Shown here: positions 38,580 to 48,192 of the stretch, in pieces | How the letters are laid out: each line of letters opens with the position of its first letter | Numbering within the stretch: position 1 is the stretch's first letter | Made by a program: the position numbers and the translations under genes | The notes under the pieces: generated by a model | Told to the model about the DNA's origin: nothing | Database searches by the model: none | What the model saw: the letters and a program-made list of their open reading frames with translations, nothing else | Source of the DNA: an uncultured Solirubrobacteraceae bacterium | Lineage (GTDB): Bacteria > Actinomycetota > Thermoleophilia > Solirubrobacterales > Solirubrobacteraceae | DNA length: 64,000 nt | Reading direction: 5' to 3' | Assembly (NCBI GenBank): GCA_963764385.1 | Contig: CAVXSJ010000001.1 | Location: forward strand, 8,582-72,581

Positions 38580-38992
38580 GCTTCACGATCGTGGTCGGCC
38601 CAGGTGCGGCGGCGACGCGCGACTGTCATCTCGAGGTGGACGGCACGGCGTTCCCAGCGGACCCATGGCGAGACCGGCCGCTCGTGATCGTCGGTTGGTG
38701 GACGGAGAACCATGTCGAGATGCGCCGGACCGGCAATCGGGTGCGCAACTCGTTCATGGAAGGGCCCTACGAGTTCACGGTCACGCCGGAGGGAGCGACG
38801 CTCACGCTCGAGTTGATCGCGCGGCGGCGCGACGCCGACGAGACCCTCGGCCGGCACACGGTCGCCGTCCAGGACTACGAGTCGGCGCTCCTCGGGGCCG
38901 CGCAGTCGGTCCTGGACACCGCCTCGGCGGTGGCCGGCGACCACGACCTCGACACGCTGCGGGCGAACGTAAGCACGCTGAGAACGCCCTGA
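38576..38992 (+). CDS. Candidate cognate immunity protein (138 aa, no recognisable family)
   Basis: GTGA start/stop overlap with the toxin gene, a small cytoplasmic protein with no signal peptide. The position and size are typical of immunity genes. Confidence 0.5.
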   Translation: MSFTIVVGPGAAATRDCHLEVDGTAFPADPWRDRPLVIVGWWTENHVEMRRTGNRVRNSFMEGPYEFTVTPEGATLTLELIARRRDADETLGRHTVAVQDYESALLGAAQSVLDTASAVAGDHDLDTLRANVSTLRTP

Positions 38993-39012
38993 CCGGCTTC
39001 TAGACTGGATCC

Positions 39013-40281
39013 ATGGCCTCCAAGCACCACGTGATGGTCGGCGGCGTCCAGGTCGGCGGCGGCGCGCCCGTCGCCGTCCAGACGATGACGAAGACCGAGA
39101 CGGCGAACCTCTCCGCCACGATGGACCAGATCCGGACCGTGGCGGAGGCCGGGGCCGACATCGTGCGCGTGGCGGTGCCGCGCGAGAAGGACGTGGAGGC
39201 GCTCAAGACGATCGTGGTCGAGTCGCCGATCCCGATCATCGCCGACATCCACTTCAACCACACGCTGGCGCTGAAGTCGATCGACGCCGGGGCGCACTGC
39301 ATCCGCCTCAACCCGGGCAACATCGGCGGCCCGGAGAAGGTCGCGGAGGTGGCCGACAAGGCCCGCACGGCCGGCACCCCGATGCGCATCGGGGTCAACT
39401 CGGGCAGCCTCCCCAAGCACCTGCACGCGCTGGAGCGCGAGAACCCCGTGGAGGCGCTGGTGACCGCCGGCGTGGAGTTCGTCGAGCTGATGGAGCGCCT
39501 GGACTTCACCGACTTCAAGGTGTCGATCAAGTCGACCAACGTGCCGAACACGATCGCCGCGAACCGCCTGCTCAGCGAGAGGATCGACTACCCGCTGCAC
39601 CTCGGGATCACCGAGGCGGGCACGAAGTGGTCGGGCTCGCTGAAGTCCGCCGTCGGCCTCGGCACGCTGCTCGCCGACGGGATCGGCGACACGATCCGGA
39701 TCTCGCTCTCCACCTTCCACGCGGAGGAGGAGGTCAAGGTCGCCTGGGAGATCCTCAAGGCGCTGAAGCTGCGCGAGAAGGGTCCGGTCCTGATCGCCTG
39801 CCCGACGTGCGGGCGGCTGCAGTTCGACATGGACACCGTGGTGGCCGACATCGAGGACCGCCTGCGCGCCTACGAGGACCCGGTCGAGGTCGCCGTGCTG
39901 GGCTGCGCGGTCAACGGCATCGGCGAGGCCTCGCACGCCGACTTCGGCATCACCGGCGCCAAGAACGAGGGCCTGATCTTCTCCCGCGGCAAGGCGCTCA
40001 AGAAGGTCCCGCAGGAGCAGCTCGTCGATGCGCTGTTCCTCGAGATCGACAAGTACGCCAAGACCAAGCGGATCGACGTGGACGCCGCCGAGCAGCAGGC
40101 CGGCGCCGCGTGGCTGGAGCGCATCGAGGAGGAGAACGCCGGCGAGCTGACGCCCGAGCGCCTCGCGAAGCTCGAGGCCGAGTCCGCCCGCGCCGGCGCC
40201 GACGCGATGGACGAGGTGCTCAAGCCGCGCCTCGACGAGGCCGACTCGCCCACCGACGGGCGTCGCTTCACCCGCGCCTGA
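39013..40281 (+). CDS. ispG: 4-hydroxy-3-methylbut-2-en-1-yl diphosphate synthase
   Basis: VQVGGGAPVAVQTMT, IVRVAVP, IPIIADIHF, IRLNPGNIG, MRIGVNSGSL, HLGITEAG, IACPTCGR, AVLGCAVNGIGEA. It has an extra C-terminal tail of about 60 aa. Confidence 0.93.
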   Translation: MASKHHVMVGGVQVGGGAPVAVQTMTKTETANLSATMDQIRTVAEAGADIVRVAVPREKDVEALKTIVVESPIPIIADIHFNHTLALKSIDAGAHCIRLNPGNIGGPEKVAEVADKARTAGTPMRIGVNSGSLPKHLHALERENPVEALVTAGVEFVELMERLDFTDFKVSIKSTNVPNTIAANRLLSERIDYPLHLGITEAGTKWSGSLKSAVGLGTLLADGIGDTIRISLSTFHAEEEVKVAWEILKALKLREKGPVLIACPTCGRLQFDMDTVVADIEDRLRAYEDPVEVAVLGCAVNGIGEASHADFGITGAKNEGLIFSRGKALKKVPQEQLVDALFLEIDKYAKTKRIDVDAAEQQAGAAWLERIEEENAGELTPERLAKLEAESARAGADAMDEVLKPRLDEADSPTDGRRFTRA

Positions 40282-41638
40282 GCGCGTCGCCGAGCGCCGC
40301 GGCCGCTGCGCGCAGCCCCGGCTCGCCGATGCGCGCGTAGCCGAGGATCAACGCGGGCTCCTGCTCGCTCGCCATCACGTGCTCGGCCATCGTGGCGAGT
40401 CCCACGCCGGCGTCGACCGCGGCCGCATACGCCGCGCGCTCGTCGTCTTCCAGGCCCAGCACGAGGTGCAGGCCCGCCGCCACGCCTCCGATCCGCGGCG
40501 CGGGCACGTGCTCGTGCAGCGCGGCCACGAGCGTGTCGCGCCGCCGCCGGTACTCGGCGCGGGTGCGGCGCAGGTGGCGGTCGTACTCGCCGCGCTCGAC
40601 GAACCGCGCGAGCGCGAGCTGGTCGAACGCCGCGGTCCCGAGGTCGCTGCGCCGGCGCGCCTCGGCGACCGGCTCGCGGAGGCGCGGGGGCAGCACCGCC
40701 CAGCCCAGCCGCAGCGCGGGGCTGAGCGTCTTGGACACCGAGCCGCAGTAGACGACGCGATCGGGATCGAGGCCCTGGAGCGCTCCGACGGGGTGGCGGT
40801 CGTAGCGGTACTCGGCGTCGTAGTCGTCCTCGAGGATCGTCGCGTCGTGGCGCCGCGCCCAGTCGACGAGGGCGGCGCGACGGTCCGGGTGCAGCACCGC
40901 GCCGGTCGGGAATTGATGCGCGGGCGTGACCAGGACGGCGTCCGCCGCGGGCATGCCGTCGACCACCAGCCCGTCTCCGTCCACCGGCGCCGCCACCGGC
41001 TCCAGGCCCGCGTCGCGCAGCACGGCGCGCGTGCCCGCGTGGGAGGGGTCCTCGACCGCGACGGTCCGGCCGCCCGCGGCGTGGAGTGCGCGCCCGGCCA
41101 GCGCGAGCGCGTGGCCGACGCCGGCGCACACGACGACGCCGCCCGGGCCGGTGCGCACGCCGCGGACGCGCGCGAGGTACGCGGCGAGGGTGGCGCGCAG
41201 GGCGGGGACGCCGAGCACGTCGGGGTACTCCAGCGCGGCCGGGTCGGCGTCGCGCAGCACCGCGCGGAGCGCCGCCGCCCAGCCCGTGCGCGGGAACAGC
41301 AGCGGGTCGGGCCCGCCCGGGCGCAGGTCGTGGCGCGGCCGCAACGGAGCGGAGCCGTCGGTACCGGCCGGCGGATCGGCCGGCACCCGCGCGACGCGGT
41401 GGGCGGCGCCGGGACGCACGTCGAGCCAGCCCTCGGCGCGCAGCTGCGCGTAGGCCTCCACCACGACGCCGCGCGACACGCCGAGGTCGGCGGCCAGCCC
41501 TCGCGTCGACGGCAGGAGGTGCCCCGCCTCCAGGCGCCCCGAGCGGATCGCCTCCCGCAGGCCTGCCTCCAGGCGGCCGTGCAGCGATCCGTCGCCGAGG
41601 AGGAGCGGGCGCGCCGAACTGGACCTTTCATCTGCCAT
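40268..41638 (-). CDS. MocR/GabR-type PLP-dependent GntR-family regulator
   Basis: ATG 41638. GntR HTH (LPSTRGLAADLGVSRGVVVEAYAQLRAEGW) plus an aminotransferase fold (TPAHQFPTG, EDDYDAEYRY, YCGSVSKTLSPALRLGW). Confidence 0.85.
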   Translation of the reverse strand: MADERSSSARPLLLGDGSLHGRLEAGLREAIRSGRLEAGHLLPSTRGLAADLGVSRGVVVEAYAQLRAEGWLDVRPGAAHRVARVPADPPAGTDGSAPLRPRHDLRPGGPDPLLFPRTGWAAALRAVLRDADPAALEYPDVLGVPALRATLAAYLARVRGVRTGPGGVVVCAGVGHALALAGRALHAAGGRTVAVEDPSHAGTRAVLRDAGLEPVAAPVDGDGLVVDGMPAADAVLVTPAHQFPTGAVLHPDRRAALVDWARRHDATILEDDYDAEYRYDRHPVGALQGLDPDRVVYCGSVSKTLSPALRLGWAVLPPRLREPVAEARRRSDLGTAAFDQLALARFVERGEYDRHLRRTRAEYRRRRDTLVAALHEHVPAPRIGGVAAGLHLVLGLEDDERAAYAAAVDAGVGLATMAEHVMASEQEPALILGYARIGEPGLRAAAAALGDALRRG

Positions 41639-41686
41639 CAGACTGGACCTTACGCCCGGACCGGTTCGACGAGTACGGTCCGCGGC

Positions 41687-42604
41687 ATGAAGAGCCGGAC
41701 GCTCACGGGATCGGGGCTGGCGGTGCTGGCCTTCATGGCGATCGGCTCGTCCGTCGCCGCCGCCGAGGAGCTCACGCACTACCCGATCGCGGGCGGCCAG
41801 GCGGCGCGCTATGCCGTCGCCGCCGTGCTCCTGCTCGTGATCGTCCGCGGCCGGCTGCGCCGCCCCTCTATGCGCGAGCTGGGCCAGCTCGTCGCGCTCT
41901 CGGCCACCGGGCTCGTGCTGTTCAACGTGCTGCTGCTGGAGGCCGTCCGCCGCGCGGACGCGGGCAGCGTGGGCGTGATCGTCGGCGCCGTGCCGGTCGT
42001 GCTGGTGATCGTCGTGCCGCTGCTCGGCCGCGAGCGCATCCGGCCGGCGCTGCTGGCCGCTGCCGTCGCGGTCGCCCTCGGCGCCGCGCTCGTGCAGGCC
42101 GCGGGCGGGCGGATGCCCGCCGACGCGCTGCTGCTCTCGCTCGGCGTGCTCGCCTGCGAGGCCTGCTTCGGGCTGCTCGCGCGGCCGCTGATCCCCGCCT
42201 TCGGGCCCGCGGGCGTGTCCGCGTGGATCGTGCTGCTGGCGGTGCCCATGCTCGTTGTCATCGGGCTCGCCGCCGACGGCTCCGAGGCGCTGGCGGTCCC
42301 GACCGCCCGCGAGGCGCTCGCACTCGCCTACATGGCGGCCGTGGTCACAGCCGGCGGCTTCGTCGCCTGGTACGGCGCGATCGCCCGCCTCGGCGTGGAG
42401 CGCGCGGGGCTGTTCTCCGGCGTGCTGCCCGTGACCGCGCTGTTCACCGGGGCGCTGCTGGGGCACGCCGAGGTCACGCCCCAGCGGATCGCGGGCATCG
42501 CCGTGGTGGCCGCCGGGATCACCGCGGGGCTGCTGGCGGCCCAGCGTCCGGTGCGCCCCCGGCGCGGCGAGGCGCGCGCCAGCGAGGTGCCCGTCCACGT
42601 ATAG
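41687..42604 (+). CDS. EamA/DMT-family transporter
   Basis: Ten predicted TM helices in two EamA-like halves. Divergent from the MocR regulator. Confidence 0.75.
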   Translation: MKSRTLTGSGLAVLAFMAIGSSVAAAEELTHYPIAGGQAARYAVAAVLLLVIVRGRLRRPSMRELGQLVALSATGLVLFNVLLLEAVRRADAGSVGVIVGAVPVVLVIVVPLLGRERIRPALLAAAVAVALGAALVQAAGGRMPADALLLSLGVLACEACFGLLARPLIPAFGPAGVSAWIVLLAVPMLVVIGLAADGSEALAVPTAREALALAYMAAVVTAGGFVAWYGAIARLGVERAGLFSGVLPVTALFTGALLGHAEVTPQRIAGIAVVAAGITAGLLAAQRPVRPRRGEARASEVPVHV

Positions 42605-42615
42605 GGTCCGCGGCC

Positions 42616-43845
42616 ATGACGGCCAGGGAGATGCTCGAGGCCTACGCCGCAGGCACGTTGTCGCCGGTCGAGGTCGTCGCCGACCTCGCGGCGCGGATCG
42701 AGGCGGACGAGCACGGGGTGTTCTGGGCGCTGTGCCTGGACCGCGCCGCCGAGGAGGCGCGCGCCGCCGAGGCCGCCTGGCGCGGCGACACCGCACGCCC
42801 CCTGGAGGGCGTCCCGCTCGCGGTCAAGGACCTGTTCGATACGGAGGGCGTGGAGACGACCTACGGCTCCGCCATGTACCGCGGGCACGTCCCCACCCGC
42901 GACGCCGAGGCCGTGCGGCGCTGCCGGGCCGCGGGAGCGATCGTGCTCGGCAAGACCGCCACCCACGAGTTCGCGTGGGGCTACAGCTCGATCAACGACG
43001 CGATGGGCACCGTGCGCAACCCGCACGATCCGCAGCGGGTGGCAGGCGGCTCCAGCGGCGGGTCGGCGGCCGCGCTGGCGGCCGGGCTGGCGCCGCTCGC
43101 GCTGGGCACCGACACCGGGGGCTCGATCCGGGTTCCGAGCTCCTTCTGCCGCGTGTACGGCCTCAAGCCCACCTTCGGCCGCGTGAGCCTCGACGGCGTG
43201 TGGCCGCTGGCGCCCACGCTCGACCACGCCGGGCCGATGGCCACCACGGTCGAGGACCTCGCGCTGCTCTACGCCGTGCTGGCCCGCCCGCTCGAGCCGT
43301 CCGAGCCGCGCCGCGTCGGCATCTGCCCCGACCTCCACCTCGTCCCGTTCGAGCCGCAGATCGAGGCCGCGCTCGCGGCGGCGACCGAGGGCGCCGTCGA
43401 GGTGGCGCTGCCCGAGGCCGCGCTGATCGCCAGCACGTTCCGCGTCGTGCAGTTCGCCGAGGGACACGCGAGCCACCGCCGCGCCGGGCTGTTCCCCGAC
43501 CGCGCCGAGGAGTACGGCGACGACGTCCGCGGCCGGCTCGAGATGGGCGCCGAGGTGACACTCGAGCAGTTCCTCGACGCCTCCATCGCCCGCGAGGCCG
43601 TCCGCGCCGGCTTCACCCGCCTCTTCGACGAGGTCGACGTCGTGATCACCCCGGCGGTGTCCGGCGGGCCGCCGCTGATCGAGGAGGAGCGCGCCACGCA
43701 GGGGCTGCGCACCTCGGTGGGCCCGTGCACGACGCCGCAGGACTTCGCCGGGCTCCCGGCCTGCTCGCTCCCGAACGGGCTGCAGGTGACGGGCCGGCCC
43801 GGCGGCGAGGCGCAGGTCCTCGCCGCCGCCGCGGCGCTGGCCTAG
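42616..43845 (+). CDS. Amidase (amidase-signature family)
   Basis: GVPLAVKDLFDT, GGSSGGSAAALAAGLAPLALGTDTGGSIRVPSSFC, GLKPTFG. Confidence 0.85.
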   Translation: MTAREMLEAYAAGTLSPVEVVADLAARIEADEHGVFWALCLDRAAEEARAAEAAWRGDTARPLEGVPLAVKDLFDTEGVETTYGSAMYRGHVPTRDAEAVRRCRAAGAIVLGKTATHEFAWGYSSINDAMGTVRNPHDPQRVAGGSSGGSAAALAAGLAPLALGTDTGGSIRVPSSFCRVYGLKPTFGRVSLDGVWPLAPTLDHAGPMATTVEDLALLYAVLARPLEPSEPRRVGICPDLHLVPFEPQIEAALAAATEGAVEVALPEAALIASTFRVVQFAEGHASHRRAGLFPDRAEEYGDDVRGRLEMGAEVTLEQFLDASIAREAVRAGFTRLFDEVDVVITPAVSGGPPLIEEERATQGLRTSVGPCTTPQDFAGLPACSLPNGLQVTGRPGGEAQVLAAAAALA

Positions 43846-43980
43846 GACGGGCTCCTTGACCGGCCGGCACGCGCACGGCGCGGGAGCCGCCGGTGGCGTA
43901 CGGATACGACGCGTCCGCCCGCCCGACGGCGCGGATCGGGAACGTGCCGCGCGCCCCGGGCGAGAAGCGCGCTCGGGATC

Positions 43981-44384
43981 GTGCCGGCTCCGCTCGCGCT
44001 GGCGCGGATCCCGGAGAGCTTCGGGCCCGATCGCGCGCTCGACGTCCGCGGCGTCGTGCTCGTCACGGGTGGCGTGCTCGGCATCGTGTGGGGCCTCGTG
44101 CGCGGCAACCTCGCGGGCTGGACGAGCCTCGAGGTTCTCGCCTCGCTGGCGGGCGGCGTGCTGCTGCTGGCCGCGTTCGTGGCCTGGCAGCTGCGGGCGC
44201 AGGCGCCGATGCTGCCGCTCGGCCGGTTCCGCTCGCGCGCCTTCTCGGCCGGCGACGCGGCGCTCTCTTCGCGTTCGGCTCGCTGTTCTGCGGGGTCTTC
44301 CTCCTCAGCCAGCACACGCAGACCGCGCTCGGCTCCGGCCCGCTGGAGGCCGGCCTGCAACTGCTGGGACGGAGCCCGTTGTGA
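43981..44384 (+). pseudogene. Internal remnant of an EmrB/QacA-type MFS efflux pump (about 130 of about 480 aa, also frameshifted near 44258)
   Basis: IPESFGPDRALDVRGVVLVTGGVLGIVWGLVRGNLAGWTS...PMLPLGRFRSRAFS matches the central loop and TM6-8 region. It continues in another frame (FAFGSLFCGVFLLSQHTQTALGSGPLEAGLQLL) and then stops. No N- or C-terminal halves are present. Confidence 0.6.
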
Positions 44385-44423
44385 ACACCGTTCGAAGTTG
44401 ACGATCATCGTTCCATCTGTAGA

Positions 44424-45134
44424 TTGGTGTTCGTGTCGAGCGAGCTCCCGGCACCGCCACGACTGGGCCGACGGGCGCGGATCGTCGAGCGGACCCCGTT
44501 GTCGCGCGGCCGGATCGTCGACGCGGCGATGGGCATCGTCGACGCCGGCGGCCTCGACGCGCTCAGCATGCGCTCGGTGGCACAGGCGCTCGGGACCGGC
44601 CCGGCCTCGCTGTACGCCCACGTGGCCAACAAGGACGAGCTGCTCCAGCTGCTGATCGAGCGGGTGGCCGAGGGGCTCGAGCTCCCGCACCCCGACCCGC
44701 AGCGCTGGCAGGAGCAGCTCAAGGAGCTGGTCCGCTCCGTCCATTACGGGCTGCTCGCGCACCGCGACCTGGCGCGAGCCAACCTCGCGCGGATCCCGCT
44801 CGGCGAGGGCGCGCTCGCCTTCAGCGACCGGATGATCGAGATCATGCGCCTCGGCGGGCTGCCCGACCAGGTCGTCGCCTACGGCCGCGACCTGCTGCCG
44901 CTGTACGCGGTCACCACCGCCTACGCGCAGGCGCTGGCCGCGGAGCGCATGAGCACCGAGGAGGGGGAGCGCTACGCCCGGGAGCTGCGGGAGTACTTCG
45001 CCGCGCTGCCGGCCGATCGCTTCCCCCACCTCGTCTCGCTGTCCGGGGCCGGCGAGGGGGAGCGCTTCGAGTTCGGGCTCGACGTGCTGGTCGCGGGCCT
45101 GGCCGCCTACGGGCGGCGCGCCAACACCGCGTAG
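44424..45134 (+). CDS. TetR-family regulator (tetracycline-repressor-like C-terminal domain)
   Basis: HTH: IVDAAMGIVDAGGLDALSMRSVAQALGTGPASLYAHVANKDELL. Alternative in-frame starts at 44427 and 44433. Confidence 0.8.
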   Translation: MVFVSSELPAPPRLGRRARIVERTPLSRGRIVDAAMGIVDAGGLDALSMRSVAQALGTGPASLYAHVANKDELLQLLIERVAEGLELPHPDPQRWQEQLKELVRSVHYGLLAHRDLARANLARIPLGEGALAFSDRMIEIMRLGGLPDQVVAYGRDLLPLYAVTTAYAQALAAERMSTEEGERYARELREYFAALPADRFPHLVSLSGAGEGERFEFGLDVLVAGLAAYGRRANTA

Positions 45135-45834
45135 TGCAGGGTGAACAGCCCTTCGGCGGTGTGCGGCGCCACGCGGTGGATCGCGCGCCGCACCGCCCAC
45201 TTGGCGGCGGCGCGTCCGCGGTGGCCGAAGAAGGCGTGGTGCTCGTAGGGCAGGGGGTCGGTCAGCTCGCCCACGACCACCAGGCCGGCCTCGGTCAGCA
45301 GCGCGTGGACGTCCGAGCGCTCGAAGCGGTGCAGGTGGCCGATCCGCTCCGATTCGGCGAGGTTGACGGGCCGGCGGCCCGAGCGGTTGTCCTCCAGCGG
45401 CACCTCGACGAGCACCTCGTGTGCGACCCGCGCCGCCTCGGCCAGCAGCGGCACCGGGTCGTCGACGTGCTCGATCACGTGGGAGAGGATCGCGAGGTCG
45501 TACGCGTCGTCCTCGGCCGGGACGTGCTCGCCGTCGTAGGCCTCGATCCGCCGGGCCTCCGGGACCGCGATGCGCGCCAGCTCGGCCGCGGGCGCGGACA
45601 GCTCGAAGCCGTCGAGCGCCGCTGCGAGCCCGCGCAGCTGGGCCAGCAGCGCGCCGTCGCCGCACCCGATCTCGACCACCGAGCGGGGCCGCAGCCCGGC
45701 TTCGGCGCACAGCCTGCGGACGTGCGCCGCCTTCGAGCGCGCGCCGATCTCGCGCCAGCGGCCGAGGCGGAGCGCCTCGGCCGCGTCGGGCTGCGTGTAG
45801 CCCGCCTCGTAGAACGCGCGGCTGTCGTCCAGGC

Positions 45835-46440
<606 letters not shown>

Positions 46441-46509
46441 GCGGTGGTCCTCCCAGTGGGGACGGCAAAGGATTCGAACGAGTTTCTACCACTAGGCTCT
46501 CCCCACTCC

Positions 46510-48192
46510 ATGACCCGCCTATCCACCTACTTACTGCCGACCGAGAAGCAAGCGCCCGCGGATGCCGAGCAGCTGTCGCACAAGCTGATGGTCCGCGCGG
46601 GCCTCGTCCGCCAGCTCGGGGCCGGCCTGTGGACGTTCCTGCCCGCCGGCTGGCGGGTGCACCAGAAGGTGGAGCAGATCATCCGCGAGGAGATAGACGC
46701 GGCGGGCGGCCAGGAGATCCTGATGCCCCTGCTCCAGCAGGCCGACCTGTGGCAGCGCAGCGGGCGCTACGAGATCCCCGAGCTGTTCAAGCTCCATGAC
46801 CGCAAGGGCGCCGAGCTCGTGCTGGCCATGACCCACGAGGAAGCGGTCACCGTCCACGTGGCGCAGGTGGTGCGCTCCTACCGCGACCTGCCGTTCAGCC
46901 TCTACCACTTCCAGGTCAAGGAACGCGACGAGCCACGTCCGCGAGCGGGCCTGCTGCGTACTCGTGAGTTCATCATGAAGGACGCCTACACCTTCGACCG
47001 CGACCGCGAGGGGCTCGACGTGCAGTACGAGCGCTACCGCGAGGCCTACGACCGCATCATGGACCGCTGCGGCCTCGAGTGGTACCGCGTCGAGTCCGAC
47101 GTGGGGATGATGGGCGGCGTCGGCGCGCACGAGTACATGGCGCCCTCCCCGGCGGGCGAGAACGACGTCGCGCTCGCCAGCGGCTACGCCGCCAACGTCG
47201 AGGTGGCCAGCGCCGACGCCCAGCCGGTCGAGCTGCCCGCGCCGCTGAGCGCGCCCGAGCTGGCCCAGACGCCCGGGCTGGTGACGGTCGCCGAGGTGGC
47301 GGCGCGGCTCGACGTGCCAGCCGGCGCGCTGCTGAAGGCCTACCCGGTGATGGCCGAGGGCCGCGGCCTCGTGCTGGTGATGGTGCGCGGCGACCACCGC
47401 GTCAACGACATCAAGCTCCAGAACGCGCTCGGCGCCGAGTTCCGTCCCGCGCGCGAGGATGAGTTCGCGCACCGGATCGGGCCCGCCGGCTACATCGGCC
47501 CCGTCGGCGCCGACGTCCCGATCCTGCTCGACGACGCGGTGGAGCCGGGCGGCTACGTGACCGGCGCCAACCGCGAGAACGCGCACCTGCGCGGCGTGGA
47601 GCCCGGCCGCGACTTCCCCTTCAAGCGCGCCGACGTGCGCACCGTCGAGGCCGGCGACACCGTCAACGGGCATCCGGTCCGGATCGAGCCGGCCATCGAG
47701 GTCGGCAACATCTTCAAGCTCGGCACCCGCTTCTCCGAGCCGCTCGGCGCCACGTATCTCGACGAGTCGGGCACCTCGCGGCCGATCTGGATGGGCTCCT
47801 ACGGCCTCGGCCCGGCGCGCATCTCCGCCGCCGCCGTCGAGCAGCACGCCGACGAGCAGGGGATCTCGTGGCCGCGCGCGCTGTCGCCGTTCGACATCGA
47901 GCTGGTCGGGCTGGGGCGCGAGGGCACCGAGGAGCGCGCGCTGGCCGAGCGGCTCTACGACGAGCTCCGCGAGACCGGCCTGGAGATCATCTACGACGAC
48001 CGCGACGCCGGGCCCGGTGAGAAGTTCGCCGACGCCGAGCTGCTCGGCGTGCCGCTGCGCCTCACGGTCGGCAAGCGCACGCTGGCGGCCGGTGAGATCG
48101 AGGCGCAGGTCCGCCGCGGCCAGGAGCCCCGCTCGATCCCGCTGGAGGGCGCCGCGCAGGCGGCGGCCGAGCTATGGCGCAGCCTCCCGTAA
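46510..48192 (+). CDS. proS: Prolyl-tRNA synthetase (bacterial type with an editing domain)
   Basis: SHKLMVRAGLVRQL..G, MTHEEAVT, FQVKERDEPRPRAGLLRTREFIMKDAYTF, MGSYGLGPAR. There is no Shine-Dalgarno sequence, and a TAGGCT -10-like hexamer lies 11 nt upstream of the ATG (possibly near-leaderless). Confidence 0.92.
   Translation: MTRLSTYLLPTEKQAPADAEQLSHKLMVRAGLVRQLGAGLWTFLPAGWRVHQKVEQIIREEIDAAGGQEILMPLLQQADLWQRSGRYEIPELFKLHDRKGAELVLAMTHEEAVTVHVAQVVRSYRDLPFSLYHFQVKERDEPRPRAGLLRTREFIMKDAYTFDRDREGLDVQYERYREAYDRIMDRCGLEWYRVESDVGMMGGVGAHEYMAPSPAGENDVALASGYAANVEVASADAQPVELPAPLSAPELAQTPGLVTVAEVAARLDVPAGALLKAYPVMAEGRGLVLVMVRGDHRVNDIKLQNALGAEFRPAREDEFAHRIGPAGYIGPVGADVPILLDDAVEPGGYVTGANRENAHLRGVEPGRDFPFKRADVRTVEAGDTVNGHPVRIEPAIEVGNIFKLGTRFSEPLGATYLDESGTSRPIWMGSYGLGPARISAAAVEQHADEQGISWPRALSPFDIELVGLGREGTEERALAERLYDELRETGLEIIYDDRDAGPGEKFADAELLGVPLRLTVGKRTLAAGEIEAQVRRGQEPRSIPLEGAAQAAAELWRSLP

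Noticed and set aside
27838-39012. Calling the rseP-ispG insert a mobile element or genomic island.
   Set aside because: I found no integrase, transposase, tRNA target or flanking direct or inverted repeats. I therefore report it only as a synteny break.
46441-46509. tRNA-like fragment in the sodA/proS intergenic region. On the minus strand it reads GTGGGGA...AGCCTAGTGGTAGA...TCGTTCGAATCC...TCCCCAC.
   Set aside because: It has D-loop-like and T-loop-like strings and a 7-bp closing stem. However, it has no anticodon arm, and the T-stem does not pair. It is more likely promoter or 5' UTR sequence for the divergent genes. At most it is a decayed tRNA relic.
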